From Oscillospiraceae bacterium (GTDB lineage: Bacteria; Bacillota; Clostridia; Oscillospirales; Ruminococcaceae): a stretch of DNA of 64,000 bases. Within the stretch, counting starts at the first letter, position 1. Each line of letters opens with the position of its first letter. The stretch spans positions 368-64,367 of the forward strand of contig JAZKZL010000324.1 of NCBI GenBank assembly GCA_045612645.1, given 5' to 3'. The notes below the pieces were generated by a model that saw nothing but the letters and a program-made list of their open reading frames with translations, was not told where the DNA came from and did no database searches. This document shows, piece after piece, positions 38,684 through 49,152 of this stretch. A program made the translations under genes and the position numbers.

Positions 38684-39970
38684 ATGATAGACATTAAATT
38701 TTTAAGAGAAAATCCCGACGCAGTAAAGGAAAACATCAAGAAGAAGTTCCAGGATGCAAAGCTTCCTCTGGTAGATGAGGTAATTGAACTGGACGTAAAC
38801 TACCGTAAGGCTCTGCAGCGCAAGGAATCCCTGCAGGCTGACAAGAACAAGATCTCTAAGAGCATCGGTGCATTTATGGCTCAGGGTAAGAAGGATGAGG
38901 CAGAGGCTGCAAAGGCTCAGGTAAAGGCTTTCTCCGAGGAGCTTGCTGAGCTTGACAAGACAGTTCCTGAGATGGAGGAGCGCATCAAGACAATTATGAT
39001 GACCATCCCCAATATCATCGATCCTTCTGTCCCGATTGGTAAGGATGACAGCGAGAACGTTGAGATCAAGCGCTATGGCGAGCCTGTAGTTCCTGATTTC
39101 GAGGTTCCTTACCATGCTGAGATCATGGAGAAGCTCAATGGTATTGATCTTGACAGTGCAAGAAAGGTTGCAGGTAACGGCTTCTACTATCTCATGGGTG
39201 ATATTGCAAGACTTCACTCTGCGGTTATCTCCTATGCAAGAGATTTCATGATCGACCGTGGTTTCACATATTGCATTCCTCCTTTCATGATCAGAAGCAA
39301 CGTTGTTACAGGCGTAATGAGCTTTGCTGAGATGGACGCTATGATGTACAAGATTGAAGGCGAGGGTCTGTATCTTACCGGTACATCCGAGCATTCTATG
39401 ATTGGTAAGTTTATCGATACTATCATTGATGAGGAGTCTCTGCCTCACACTCTCACATCCTATTCTCCCTGCTTCCGCAAGGAGAAGGGCGCTCACGGCA
39501 TTGAGGAGAGAGGCGTATACCGTATCCACCAGTTCGAAAAGCAGGAAATGATTGTTGTCTGCAAGCCTGAGGAATCCGCTATGTGGTTTGATAAGCTGTG
39601 GCAGAACACTGTTGATCTGTTCCGTTCTATGGATATCCCTGTAAGAACAATCGAGTGCTGCTCCGGTGACCTGGCTGACCTGAAGGTTAAGTCTTTCGAC
39701 GTAGAGGCATGGTCTCCCAGACAGAAGAAGTACTTCGAGGTGGGCAGCTGCTCCAACCTCGGCGACGCTCAGGCAAGACGTCTGAAGATCCGTGTAAACG
39801 GTCAGGATGGTAAGAAGTACTTCGCTCATACTCTGAACAACACTGTTGTTGCTCCTCCCAGAATGCTTATTGCGTTCCTCGAGAACAATCTCAATGAGGA
39901 CGGCAGCGTAAACATTCCTGAGGTACTCAGACCTTACATGGGTGGCAAGGCTAAGATCGAGGTTTGCTGA
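38684..39970 (+). CDS. serS: Seryl-tRNA synthetase
   Basis: N-terminal coiled coil; GTSEH, CFRKEKG, RIHQFEKQE, EVGSCSN and HTLNNT motifs. Confidence 0.98.
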   Translation: MIDIKFLRENPDAVKENIKKKFQDAKLPLVDEVIELDVNYRKALQRKESLQADKNKISKSIGAFMAQGKKDEAEAAKAQVKAFSEELAELDKTVPEMEERIKTIMMTIPNIIDPSVPIGKDDSENVEIKRYGEPVVPDFEVPYHAEIMEKLNGIDLDSARKVAGNGFYYLMGDIARLHSAVISYARDFMIDRGFTYCIPPFMIRSNVVTGVMSFAEMDAMMYKIEGEGLYLTGTSEHSMIGKFIDTIIDEESLPHTLTSYSPCFRKEKGAHGIEERGVYRIHQFEKQEMIVVCKPEESAMWFDKLWQNTVDLFRSMDIPVRTIECCSGDLADLKVKSFDVEAWSPRQKKYFEVGSCSNLGDAQARRLKIRVNGQDGKKYFAHTLNNTVVAPPRMLIAFLENNLNEDGSVNIPEVLRPYMGGKAKIEVC

Positions 39971-39990
39971 TATAAAGGTTAGGTAACATA

Positions 39991-40046
39991 TATGGCGGGA
40001 TCAAAAGCGTCCTGATATGGACGCTTTTTGATCTTGCCATTTTTTC
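39991..40046 (+). terminator. Intrinsic terminator after serS
   Basis: atggcgggatcaaaagcgtcc-tgatat-ggacgctttttgatcttgccat plus a T-run. Confidence 0.85.
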
Positions 40047-40104
40047 AATTATAAAATACATATATTACCATTTACTAATTTTTTATATTACATCAGGAGG
40101 CAAA

Positions 40105-40806
40105 ATGTCATTTGTAAAGCTAGATAATGTATATAAGCGTTATCGTATGGGAGAGGTCACGATAAATGCAGCAGATGGAATGACCTTTGATATAGAGAAG
40201 GGCGAATTTGTCATCATCGTGGGTCCCAGTGGCTCAGGAAAGACCACTGTTCTTAATATGCTGGGTGGTATGGATACCTGCGATGAAGGAATTATCAGTG
40301 TCGATGGTGCAAGGGTTGATGGATATAACAGAAAGCAGCTTACAGAATACCGTCGTCATGATATCGGCTTTATATTCCAGTTCTATAATCTGCTGCCCAA
40401 TCTCACTGCAAAGGAAAATGTGGAGCTTGCAGTACAGACCACAAAGGATTTCATTCCTGCCGCAGAGATACTTGAAAAGGTAGGTCTCGGAGAGAGACTG
40501 GACAATTTCCCTGCGCAGCTTTCCGGTGGCGAGCAGCAGCGAGTATCCATTGCAAGAGCGCTCAGCAAAAGACCTAAGCTGCTGCTGTGTGATGAGCCTA
40601 CAGGCGCTCTCGACTACAATACAGGCAAAGTTATACTGAAGCTGCTGCAGGATACCTGCCGCAAGGATGGTATGACGGTTATTCTGGTTACCCATAACTC
40701 CGCAATTGCTCCCATGGCTGACAGGGTAATTAAGATCAAGAATAGCAAGGTAAGCAAGATCATTCTTAATGAGAACCCCACACCAGTGGAAGAGATCGAG
40801 TGGTAA
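40105..40806 (+). CDS. ABC transporter ATP-binding protein (LolD/MacB-like)
   Basis: [26 protein letters not shown] and VTHN motifs. Confidence 0.96.
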   Translation: MSFVKLDNVYKRYRMGEVTINAADGMTFDIEKGEFVIIVGPSGSGKTTVLNMLGGMDTCDEGIISVDGARVDGYNRKQLTEYRRHDIGFIFQFYNLLPNLTAKENVELAVQTTKDFIPAAEILEKVGLGERLDNFPAQLSGGEQQRVSIARALSKRPKLLLCDEPTGALDYNTGKVILKLLQDTCRKDGMTVILVTHNSAIAPMADRVIKIKNSKVSKIILNENPTPVEEIEW

Positions 40807-40824
40807 TATGGCGGGGGTAGGGAT

Positions 40825-43800
40825 TTGAAGGCTATAAATAAGAATATTTTCAGGGAAATAACTCATTCAAAGGGACGATTTCTATCTATCATGCTGATAT
40901 GTATGATAGGTGTAGGCTTTTTCAGCGGAGTAAGTGCCACTGGTGATGATATGAAGCTATCCGCCGATAAGCTGTACGATGAGCAGAAGCTGTTTGACCT
41001 GCGAGTGCTGTCTACATTTGGTTTGACAGATGATGATGCTGCGGCGGCTATAAAAGAGATCGATGGGGTATCCGAGGTATACACGTCAAAGTATTCCGAC
41101 CTTGCGGTATATTTCAACAACAAGGAGTATCTTACAAGAGTCTATTCCTGGAATAATGACGAGGTAAACAAAGTGTTACTCCACGAGGGAAGATTCCCTG
41201 AGGCGGAGAATGAATGTATTGTCAGCGGAAACAGGCTGCAGTCAGGATTTAAAATAGGCGAAACTGTATCTGTGGAGGATCTTACCGAAGCAGAGGAATT
41301 CCCGCTCAAGCACAAAGAATATACCATTGTGGGCATATTTGATTCGCCCATGTATATTTCAATGACGCAGCATGGCAGTACGACCATCGGTGATGGTGCG
41401 CTGGATGCATTTATGTATGTTACTGATAGTAATTTCACGCAAGGTATATACACCGAGATATATATTTGCTCGGAAGAATTAGCTGAAATGAAGAGCTATT
41501 CCGCTGAGTATGAGGAAAAGCGTGAAGATATCATAACAAAGCTGGAGGAGCTTGGAATCTCACGCAGCGAGATTCGTTACGATGAGGTAGTCGGCGAGGC
41601 TCTGCAGGAGATTGCAGACGGCGAAAAGGAGCTTGCCGAGGCTAAGGCAGAAGGCGAGCAGGAACTGGCAGATGCGGCAGCGGATATCGCTGATGCAGAA
41701 CAGAAGATCGCCGATGGTGAGCAGGAGCTTATTAATGCAAAAGCGGAGCTTGATGAGGGAGCAATGCAGCTTGAAGATGCAGAAAAAGAGTTATCAGATG
41801 CTTACCGTGAGATAGAAAACGGCAAAACAGAGTTGATCGCCGCAAAGAATGAGCTTATCACCGCTGAAAGAGAGCTGCAGGATGCAAAGACCGAGATGCT
41901 CAATGGTGAGCGTGAGCTGAATCAGGCGAAGCAGCTGCTGGATGAGAGCAAGGCTCAGCTTGATGAGGGTCAGGCAGAGATCGACAGAAACGCTGCAGAG
42001 ATTGAAGCGGGCAAGCTACAGTTGGAGGAAGCGAAGGCGCAAATTGCTCAGGCAGAGGAAGAATACAATGCAGGTTATTCTCAGTATGAACAGGGAATGC
42101 AGCAGCTCAGTGAGGGGGAAAAGCAGCTTGAGCAGGCTATTTTGATATACGGCGAGAATAATCCGCTGATAATTCAACAAAAAGTAGAATTAGAAACCAA
42201 TAAAACAATACTACAGCAGACAAAAGCGGCGCTTGACAGTGCGCTCGCTCAGATAGAATACGGCAGAGCTGAGATAGCAGCAAATGAGCAGGTCATCTCA
42301 GAGGGAGAGGCTCGGCTGAGAGCTGCACAGCAGCAGATAGACGAGGGTCTTGCGCAGTATAATGAAGGTCTCGCAGAGTGGGAAAAGGGCTATGCAGATT
42401 TCGTTGAGGGTCAGCAGGCATATCTTGACGGATACAAGCAGTATCTTGATGGACTGGCACAGTATAATGACGGTCTTGCGCAGATAGAAGATGCGGAGCG
42501 TCAGTATAACGAGGGCAAGGCTACTCTTGAAGAAAAGCGGCTTGAATATGAGGATGGCGTAAAGCAGTACGAAGACGGTGTGAAAGAGCTCGAGGATGCA
42601 AAAAGAGAGCTTGCAGACGGCAAAAAGGATTATGAAGATGGCTTGCAGACTTTTAAAACCGAGATATCTGACGCAGAAAACGAGCTTGCGGATGCAAAAC
42701 AGAAGATAAAAGATGCGGGTGAGGCAGAGTGGTATATTTTCACCCGTGACGATAACCCGGGATATTCTGAGTATGCAAGCAACGCAGAGCGTATCGATAA
42801 GATAGCATCAGTGTTCCCGATATTCTTCCTGTTGGTTGCAGGTTTAGTATGCCTCACTACCATGTCGAGAATGGTGGAGGAGAACAGAACGCAGGTAGGA
42901 ACTCTTAAAGCGCTCGGATATTCCAACGCGCGTATTATGGCGCACTATATGACGTATGCACTCTCGGGTGCTGCTATAGGAAGTGTTATCGGTGCTTTCG
43001 GCGGAATGGTGCTGTTCCCAGGCGTTATCGTATATGCGTATTCGATCATGTATATCGTGACGGAAACGGTGTTCGTGTTCAATCCTGTATATATCCTGCT
43101 TTCTGCAGGTTCGATGTTGGCGGCGATTGCGCTTACGGTGTTTTTCAGCTGCAAAAAGGTGTTGGGCGAGACTCCTGCAAGCCTGATGCGTCCTAAAGCT
43201 CCGAAGGCGGGCAAGCGTGTTTTGCTTGAGCGTATCGGATTTATCTGGAACAGGATGGGATTTTTCGCAAAGGTTTCAGGCAGAAATCTGTTCCGCTATA
43301 AGCGCAGGATGTTTATGACAGTTATCGGCATTGCGGGCTGCACAGCGCTGATGCTCACAGGATTTGGTCTAAAGAATTCTGTATCGGATATAATCAATTT
43401 GCAGTATGGTGAGATATTCAATTACAGCGGCATGGTCGCTGTGGCTGATGATCAGACCGAGGCGGAAAAACAAGCTCTATATGATGAGCTGATTGAATTT
43501 GATCCCGAAACGGTGTATACGCAGGTGCATCTGAAGCAGTATACAGTTTCTTTCGGTGATACCAATGTGCAGACATATATCACTGTTGCAAAGGACAGCG
43601 AGATACTTGAAAGCATGATAGATATGCATGAGCGAGTATCGGGCGAAAAGATTTCCCTCAGCAATGGAACGGTGTGCACAGAAAAGCTGGCAACGCTTCT
43701 CGGTGCAAAGGCAGGCGATCAAATAACCATACGTATAAGCGATCAGGAGAGCTGTACAGTTACTATCGGTGGTATAACCGAGCATTATGCAAGCCACTAT

Positions 43801-44400
43801 TTCTATATGACAGAGGAGATGTATAGTGAGCTGTTCGGTAGTACGCCTGATTATAATATGGTATATTTCAATAACAGACTTACCGGAGATCCGATCGATA
43901 AGGAGGATTTCTCTGAAAGGATCATGGCGTGTGACGGAGTTCTGACAGTTATGCTCAACACTACTTCTGCGGGAACGTTTGAAGAAATGCTGGGAATGAT
44001 CGATATGGTTATTATCGTGCTGATCGTTTCTGCGGGTGCGTTGGCTTTTGTGGTGCTGTATAATCTGACGAATGTAAACATTACCGAACGTATCCGTGAA
44101 ATAGCTACGCTTAAGGTGCTTGGCTTCTACGACAGAGAAGTGTCAAGCTATGTGTTCAGGGAGAATATCATTCTTTCTCTTATGGGCAGCGGTGCAGGCT
44201 TGTTACTTGGCATAGCGCTGTGTAAGTTCGTTGTACAAACGGCGGAGATTGATGAGGTAATGTTCGGCAGAAGCATTCACGGAACATCTTATCTGTATGC
44301 ATTTGTAATGACGTTCGTGTTCTCAATGATAGTGAATCTCATCATGACTCGTGTGCTGAAGAAGATAAGTATGGTGGAATCACTTAAATCCGTTGAATAA
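40825..44400 (+). CDS. ABC transporter permease with two FtsX-like halves and a long extracellular coiled coil
   Basis: TTMSRMVEENRTQVGTLKALGY and NITERIREIATLKVLGF motifs; central heptad-rich E/Q/A region. Confidence 0.93.
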   Translation: MKAINKNIFREITHSKGRFLSIMLICMIGVGFFSGVSATGDDMKLSADKLYDEQKLFDLRVLSTFGLTDDDAAAAIKEIDGVSEVYTSKYSDLAVYFNNKEYLTRVYSWNNDEVNKVLLHEGRFPEAENECIVSGNRLQSGFKIGETVSVEDLTEAEEFPLKHKEYTIVGIFDSPMYISMTQHGSTTIGDGALDAFMYVTDSNFTQGIYTEIYICSEELAEMKSYSAEYEEKREDIITKLEELGISRSEIRYDEVVGEALQEIADGEKELAEAKAEGEQELADAAADIADAEQKIADGEQELINAKAELDEGAMQLEDAEKELSDAYREIENGKTELIAAKNELITAERELQDAKTEMLNGERELNQAKQLLDESKAQLDEGQAEIDRNAAEIEAGKLQLEEAKAQIAQAEEEYNAGYSQYEQGMQQLSEGEKQLEQAILIYGENNPLIIQQKVELETNKTILQQTKAALDSALAQIEYGRAEIAANEQVISEGEARLRAAQQQIDEGLAQYNEGLAEWEKGYADFVEGQQAYLDGYKQYLDGLAQYNDGLAQIEDAERQYNEGKATLEEKRLEYEDGVKQYEDGVKELEDAKRELADGKKDYEDGLQTFKTEISDAENELADAKQKIKDAGEAEWYIFTRDDNPGYSEYASNAERIDKIASVFPIFFLLVAGLVCLTTMSRMVEENRTQVGTLKALGYSNARIMAHYMTYALSGAAIGSVIGAFGGMVLFPGVIVYAYSIMYIVTETVFVFNPVYILLSAGSMLAAIALTVFFSCKKVLGETPASLMRPKAPKAGKRVLLERIGFIWNRMGFFAKVSGRNLFRYKRRMFMTVIGIAGCTALMLTGFGLKNSVSDIINLQYGEIFNYSGMVAVADDQTEAEKQALYDELIEFDPETVYTQVHLKQYTVSFGDTNVQTYITVAKDSEILESMIDMHERVSGEKISLSNGTVCTEKLATLLGAKAGDQITIRISDQESCTVTIGGITEHYASHYFYMTEEMYSELFGSTPDYNMVYFNNRLTGDPIDKEDFSERIMACDGVLTVMLNTTSAGTFEEMLGMIDMVIIVLIVSAGALAFVVLYNLTNVNITERIREIATLKVLGFYDREVSSYVFRENIILSLMGSGAGLLLGIALCKFVVQTAEIDEVMFGRSIHGTSYLYAFVMTFVFSMIVNLIMTRVLKKISMVESLKSVE

Positions 44401-44512
44401 CAATTACAAAAGTCTTACAAAATAATTCCGATACTTGACGAAATCCACATATTATGTTATCATATAGTTATAGTTATTATCTGTTTATGACAAAGCGGAA
44501 AGGCGGCAGGAA

Positions 44513-44893
44513 ATGAAGCATAAGATCCTTGAGTCGGGCGAAGATTACCTTGAGACTATACTGGTCCTCCATAATCGGAACGGAGAGGTAAGGTCCATTG
44601 ATATCGCAACCGAGCTGGATTATTCCAAACCGAGCGTCAGTGTGGCAATGAAGAATCTGCGTGAACAGGAATGCATCACTGTCGATAAAAACGGTTTTAT
44701 AGAACTGACGGAAAAGGGCAGGTCTATTGCCGAAAAGGTTTATGAGCGCCATCTGCTGTTTACCGAGTGGCTGGTGTCTATGGGTGTTCCTGAGGATATT
44801 GCAGCCGAGGACGCCTGCCGTATCGAGCATTGCCTTAGCACGGAGAGCTTTGAGGCAATCAAGCGTCATGTAAAAGAGTATAAAGGTGCATAA
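44513..44893 (+). CDS. DtxR/MntR family metal-dependent regulator
   Basis: EDYLETI, SIDIATEL.YSKPSVSVAMKNL, YERH and EDACRIEH motifs; promoter TTGACG-17-TATCAT at 44435-44463. Confidence 0.95.
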   Translation: MKHKILESGEDYLETILVLHNRNGEVRSIDIATELDYSKPSVSVAMKNLREQECITVDKNGFIELTEKGRSIAEKVYERHLLFTEWLVSMGVPEDIAAEDACRIEHCLSTESFEAIKRHVKEYKGA

Positions 44894-44964
44894 ATGAATG
44901 CCGTACTGCTGACTTTGCGGTGCGGCATTTAGTATCATAGGGGATCAACTGCAGGGGGGATTTT

Positions 44965-45813
44965 TTGAAAATAATCTGTCTGATAGAAAACACTGCCGTT
45001 AATGAAAAGCTGTTTAGCGAGGACGGACTGTCTCTTTTTGTGGAATATGAGGGCAGAAATTATCTTATTGATACAGGACTTACGGGCAAGGCGGTGGATA
45101 ATGCAAAGCGAATGCGGCTGCCGATAAATGATATTCATGCAGTGGTGGTGACCCACAATCATCATGCACACATCGGCGGGATAGATGCGGTTATGCGTCT
45201 TAATCCCAAAGCAAAGATATATCTTCGGGCAGCTGCACAGGACGAAGTGTACAGGCGCAGTGGTTTTATGAAAACGCCCGTCGGAATGGGAAAATCGTTC
45301 TTCAAGAAGTACGCAGATAATCTGATACTGTTCAACAGCTTTTCAGAGGTTGCAGAGGGATTTTACCTTGCCTCCTGTGAAAGCCGTGATGAGAAGTATG
45401 ATAATCCTGACGGAGGATATTTTACTTTGGAGGGCAAGAAAAGTGTTCCGTACGATCATGCGGATGAAAGCTTTGCGGTCATATTCCCGAAGAAGCGAAA
45501 AGCTGATGGTCTGATTCTGGTGGGCGGATGTTTTCACTGCGGCGTTGTAAATATGCTGGAAACAGTTCGCAATCGTTGGCATGGTATTCCGATCCTTGCT
45601 GTTATTGGTGGATTTCATTTTTCGGGCAGCAGTCCGAAGACGCTGAATTGCTCTGCGGAGTATGTAACATCTCAGGCGAGAGGGATCAAGCTATGCGGTG
45701 CAGAAAAGGTATATGCCTGCCATTGCACAGGATTCCGCGGTTTTGATGTGATGGATGAAACTCTTGGTGACAGGATAATGTATCTCGGTGGCGGAGAGGC
45801 TCTTGATTTCTGA
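44965..45813 (+). CDS. MBL-fold metallo-hydrolase
   Basis: LIDTG, THNHHAHIGG (variant of HxHxDH), GCFHCG, IGGFH and CHCTG motifs. Confidence 0.88.
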   Translation: MKIICLIENTAVNEKLFSEDGLSLFVEYEGRNYLIDTGLTGKAVDNAKRMRLPINDIHAVVVTHNHHAHIGGIDAVMRLNPKAKIYLRAAAQDEVYRRSGFMKTPVGMGKSFFKKYADNLILFNSFSEVAEGFYLASCESRDEKYDNPDGGYFTLEGKKSVPYDHADESFAVIFPKKRKADGLILVGGCFHCGVVNMLETVRNRWHGIPILAVIGGFHFSGSSPKTLNCSAEYVTSQARGIKLCGAEKVYACHCTGFRGFDVMDETLGDRIMYLGGGEALDF

Positions 45814-45818
45814 TAAAC

Positions 45819-45888
45819 TGCAACCAAATGCATATTAAGATCGTTTAATTATTAAAGGGATGTAACTTTTTGATCCTTTACATTGTTC
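45819..45888 (+). promoter_or_regulatory. Two tandem ECF-type promoter candidates
   Basis: TGCAAC-17-CGTTT (45819-45846) and TGTAAC-17-TGTTC (45861-45888). Confidence 0.45.
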
Positions 45889-45985
45889 TATATATGCATG
45901 GTATTACTTATTGCAAACAACGTCCTAATCGGGCGGAAATAATATGACATCATTCCGACGTTGTCGGAAAGGGGGAGGACAGAAT

Positions 45986-48973
45986 ATGAAGACTTTGAAA
46001 AAAGTACTGTGCGCAGCGCTTGCTGCGGTGCAGGCGGCAAGTGTGCTGACAATCGGTATGACTGCTTCGGCTGCTGAGACTCAGAAACCGGGCGTAAAGA
46101 CCATTGCTGCGGGCGACAATTCCAGCTTTGTTATTAAAGCGGATATGTCACTGTGGGCAGCAGGCGCAAACGATCATGGTCAGCTTGGACTCGGTGCAGG
46201 TGTGGAAAACTCTGATGGCGCGAAGGTTATGAGCAATGTTCTCATGGTCGAGGCTGAGGGAGAGACTGCTTATGCTATCGATGCGGCAGGCATTCTTTAT
46301 GGCTGGGGTGATAACACTGATGGTCAGGTGGCACCGTCGCAGAATGCACAGTATATTTATAAGCCTACAAAGATAATGGAGAATGTTATCGATGTAAGCG
46401 CAGGCGAGAGCCATACGGTGGTTCTGACTGCGGATGGCACAGCTTATGGCTGGGGAAGCAATTTTGAAGGTGAGCTTGGCTTTTCTGCAAATGACAAGAC
46501 AAATCAAGCGATAAAGCTGATGTCTGGTATTAAGGATATTGCTGCGGGCAACTGCTTCACTCTTCTTGTAGGCGAGGATGGAAAGCTGTATACAAGTGGA
46601 CTTAATAACAATGGTCAGTTGGGTTCAGGCAATTACAGAACTCAGTACACATTTGCACTTTCCTCTGTATCTGGTATCGATTCTGCCGAGGCGGGTGACA
46701 GCCATTCTCTTCTGTTGACAGAAAACGGAAAGGTGCTGGCAGCCGGTCTTAACGATAATGGACAGGTCGGCGTTACAGGCAGCAGAATAAATACGTTCAA
46801 GGAGCTTTCCTTAAGCAGCGTAAATGCAGTATTTGCGGATGCTTATTCGTCTGCTGCAGTTACTACTGGCGGTAAGCTTTATGCATGGGGCAATAATGAT
46901 AACGGTCAGCTGCAGAATTCTTCCGATAAGGATGTGACGGCGCCTAAATCTGTAGCCTCTGATGCTATTTCTATTGCATTTGGCGGATACCATTCCGTTA
47001 TGCTTACAAAGAATGGCAAGATATCAACAGCAGGCGCAGGAATGAACGGCGAGCTTTTCGGCTTTACAGGAAGCACTGTTCTGAAGCCTGCTAAGATCAT
47101 GGAGGATGTGAAGACTTTCGCTGTAGGCTCCGATCATGCAGCGGCGATCGACTCCAAGGGAAAGCTCTACACATGGGGCAATAATGACTGTGGTCAGCTT
47201 GGCCTTGGCGATGTGGTGTCCAGAAACAAGCCCACTAAGGTGGAACTTCCCGATAGTGCAGTGCAGGTGTGGTGCGGAAATAAGATTACATTCGTTCAGA
47301 CAAGCGATCTGAGAGTTTATGTGTTCGGCGATAACAGCGCAGGCATGCTGGGAACTGAGACTGACAAGTCTGTTGTGACCAAGCCTGAACTCAATTACTA
47401 TCTCTCCGAGTATGACGATCTCGATATTAAGTGCGGAAACGGTTTCGCAGTTGCACTTATCGAGGGTGATGTCTATGGCTGGGGTAAGAACACATCCGGC
47501 AGACTCTGTGATCTCGGCAAGAATGTGGTAAATCCCGAATTGCTAACTAATGATATATCCAGTATCGAAGAGCTTGCTGTTGGTGACAATCACGTTCTGG
47601 TGCTTACCAAGAGCGGCGAGCTTTATGGCTGGGGCAGCAACGGAAGTAACCAGCTTGGTAACAATATTGAAGGTGTTTTCACTGAAATTCCTCAGTTCAT
47701 TGAGATAATGAGCAAAAATAATGGTGTGGCAGCCACTATTGAGCATATCGCAGCAGCAGGTAATCATTCTATCGCAGTTGATGTTGACAATAAGGTGTGG
47801 GTATGGGGTGCAAATTCCAGCGGACAGCTTGGCATGACAGAATACAGAGTTAAAAATCCTACTCCTCTTGGCTATGTGGGAGTAAAGGTTGCCGCAGGTA
47901 GATATGCATGTGCAATTATCAACACCGAAGAGAAGCTTTCTCTTTGTGGTGTGAATAAGTCGGGCGCTCTCGGTGATGGAACAGAGGAAGATCGTAGCAA
48001 GTTCAATATTTATACAGCGACCTCTGCGGCTGAGGTAGCAATCGGTGACTATTTTGGTGTATATATGCGCGGTGATGGCACGTTATTTGCGTGGGGTGAG
48101 AACTCTCTCGGACAGGTAGGTAATGGCGGCGGCGGAGTAAGCACAAAGCCCTCCGTGGTTATGAGCGATGCACTCTGCACCCTTCCCGAACAGGCTACAG
48201 CAATCAAACTCAGCAGCAATGAGCTTATCTTGAAGCCCAACGCAAAGCAGAAGCTTACGGCAACCATCACACCTGCTGATGCAGATGTTAAGACCGTAAC
48301 ATGGAGTACATCCAACAGCAAGATCGTAACGGTTGCGGCAGACGGTACTGTTACCGCACTCACTTATGGTGATGCAACCATCACTGCAAAGACTGCAAAC
48401 GGTCTTAAAGCTACCTGCAAGGTAAAGGTTACTATCCCTGTAAGCAGTTTTTCTGTTACTCCTTCTAAGAATAAGGTGCTGAACATCGGTCAGAGCTTTA
48501 CTATTACCAGCAAGGTATATCCTGCAAATGCGGTTGATAAGACTCTGCTGTATTCTTCCTCTGATCCTGATGTGGCTACAGTAAATGCAAAGGGTAAGGT
48601 TACAGCAGTCTCCACAGGTAAGGCAAAGATCACTATCACTGCAAAGAGCAATCCTGCAAAGACCCGCACCATCACGATCTATGTTCGTCCTGCAAAGGGA
48701 AAGCTCACCACCAGAAAGCCCACAGCTGATGGTGTTCTGCTGAAATGGAATGAGATCGAAGGTGCAGAGGGTTATGTGATCTACCGCAGAACTTCTCCCA
48801 AGGGCAAGACGACTGTAGTGGCGGATGTAAGTGCTGAGGAGGCACGCTCCTATCTTGATACTAAGGCAAAGTCCGGCAAGACATACTATTATTACATCAA
48901 GTCATACTATACAGTGGGAAGCACGAAGATATATTCTCCTGCTTCTTCGATCTATAAAGTAATCGCTAAGTAA
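45986..48973 (+). CDS. Secreted RCC1-repeat (beta-propeller) protein with two Ig-like Big_2 domains and an FN3-like C-terminus
   Basis: Signal peptide ending ASA; many WG.N..GQLG / AG..H repeats; TWSTSNSKIVTV and YSSSDPDVATV Big_2 motifs. Start ATG 45986 behind GGAGG. Confidence 0.9.
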   Translation: MKTLKKVLCAALAAVQAASVLTIGMTASAAETQKPGVKTIAAGDNSSFVIKADMSLWAAGANDHGQLGLGAGVENSDGAKVMSNVLMVEAEGETAYAIDAAGILYGWGDNTDGQVAPSQNAQYIYKPTKIMENVIDVSAGESHTVVLTADGTAYGWGSNFEGELGFSANDKTNQAIKLMSGIKDIAAGNCFTLLVGEDGKLYTSGLNNNGQLGSGNYRTQYTFALSSVSGIDSAEAGDSHSLLLTENGKVLAAGLNDNGQVGVTGSRINTFKELSLSSVNAVFADAYSSAAVTTGGKLYAWGNNDNGQLQNSSDKDVTAPKSVASDAISIAFGGYHSVMLTKNGKISTAGAGMNGELFGFTGSTVLKPAKIMEDVKTFAVGSDHAAAIDSKGKLYTWGNNDCGQLGLGDVVSRNKPTKVELPDSAVQVWCGNKITFVQTSDLRVYVFGDNSAGMLGTETDKSVVTKPELNYYLSEYDDLDIKCGNGFAVALIEGDVYGWGKNTSGRLCDLGKNVVNPELLTNDISSIEELAVGDNHVLVLTKSGELYGWGSNGSNQLGNNIEGVFTEIPQFIEIMSKNNGVAATIEHIAAAGNHSIAVDVDNKVWVWGANSSGQLGMTEYRVKNPTPLGYVGVKVAAGRYACAIINTEEKLSLCGVNKSGALGDGTEEDRSKFNIYTATSAAEVAIGDYFGVYMRGDGTLFAWGENSLGQVGNGGGGVSTKPSVVMSDALCTLPEQATAIKLSSNELILKPNAKQKLTATITPADADVKTVTWSTSNSKIVTVAADGTVTALTYGDATITAKTANGLKATCKVKVTIPVSSFSVTPSKNKVLNIGQSFTITSKVYPANAVDKTLLYSSSDPDVATVNAKGKVTAVSTGKAKITITAKSNPAKTRTITIYVRPAKGKLTTRKPTADGVLLKWNEIEGAEGYVIYRRTSPKGKTTVVADVSAEEARSYLDTKAKSGKTYYYYIKSYYTVGSTKIYSPASSIYKVIAK

Positions 48974-48986
48974 AATATAAAGCATA

Positions 48987-49012
48987 AAGGCAGCTGAGAG
49001 ATCGGCTGCCTT
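48987..49012 (+). terminator. Terminator-like hairpin
   Basis: aaggcagctga-gaga-tcggctgcctt. Confidence 0.7.
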
Positions 49013-49080
49013 GAGTTTTTATTGTTGAAATGTTGAAAGTTTTTTGTTTTATATATTCAGAATAAAAAATAGTTCAAAGC

Positions 49081-49108
49081 TGTGACAAAAATGCATTGAG
49101 CATTGTCT
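49081..49108 (+). promoter_or_regulatory. Putative autoregulatory ECF promoter
   Basis: TGTGAC-17-TGTCT upstream of the ECF sigma RBS. Confidence 0.5.
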
Positions 49109-49152
49109 TATCCATGAAAGCGCTTTTAATAAACAGTGCAGGAGGTGACGGA

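Noticed and set aside
41580-42720. Repetitive DNA inside the large ABC permease
   Set aside because: It reflects heptad coiled-coil coding typical of this permease family, not an independent repeat element.
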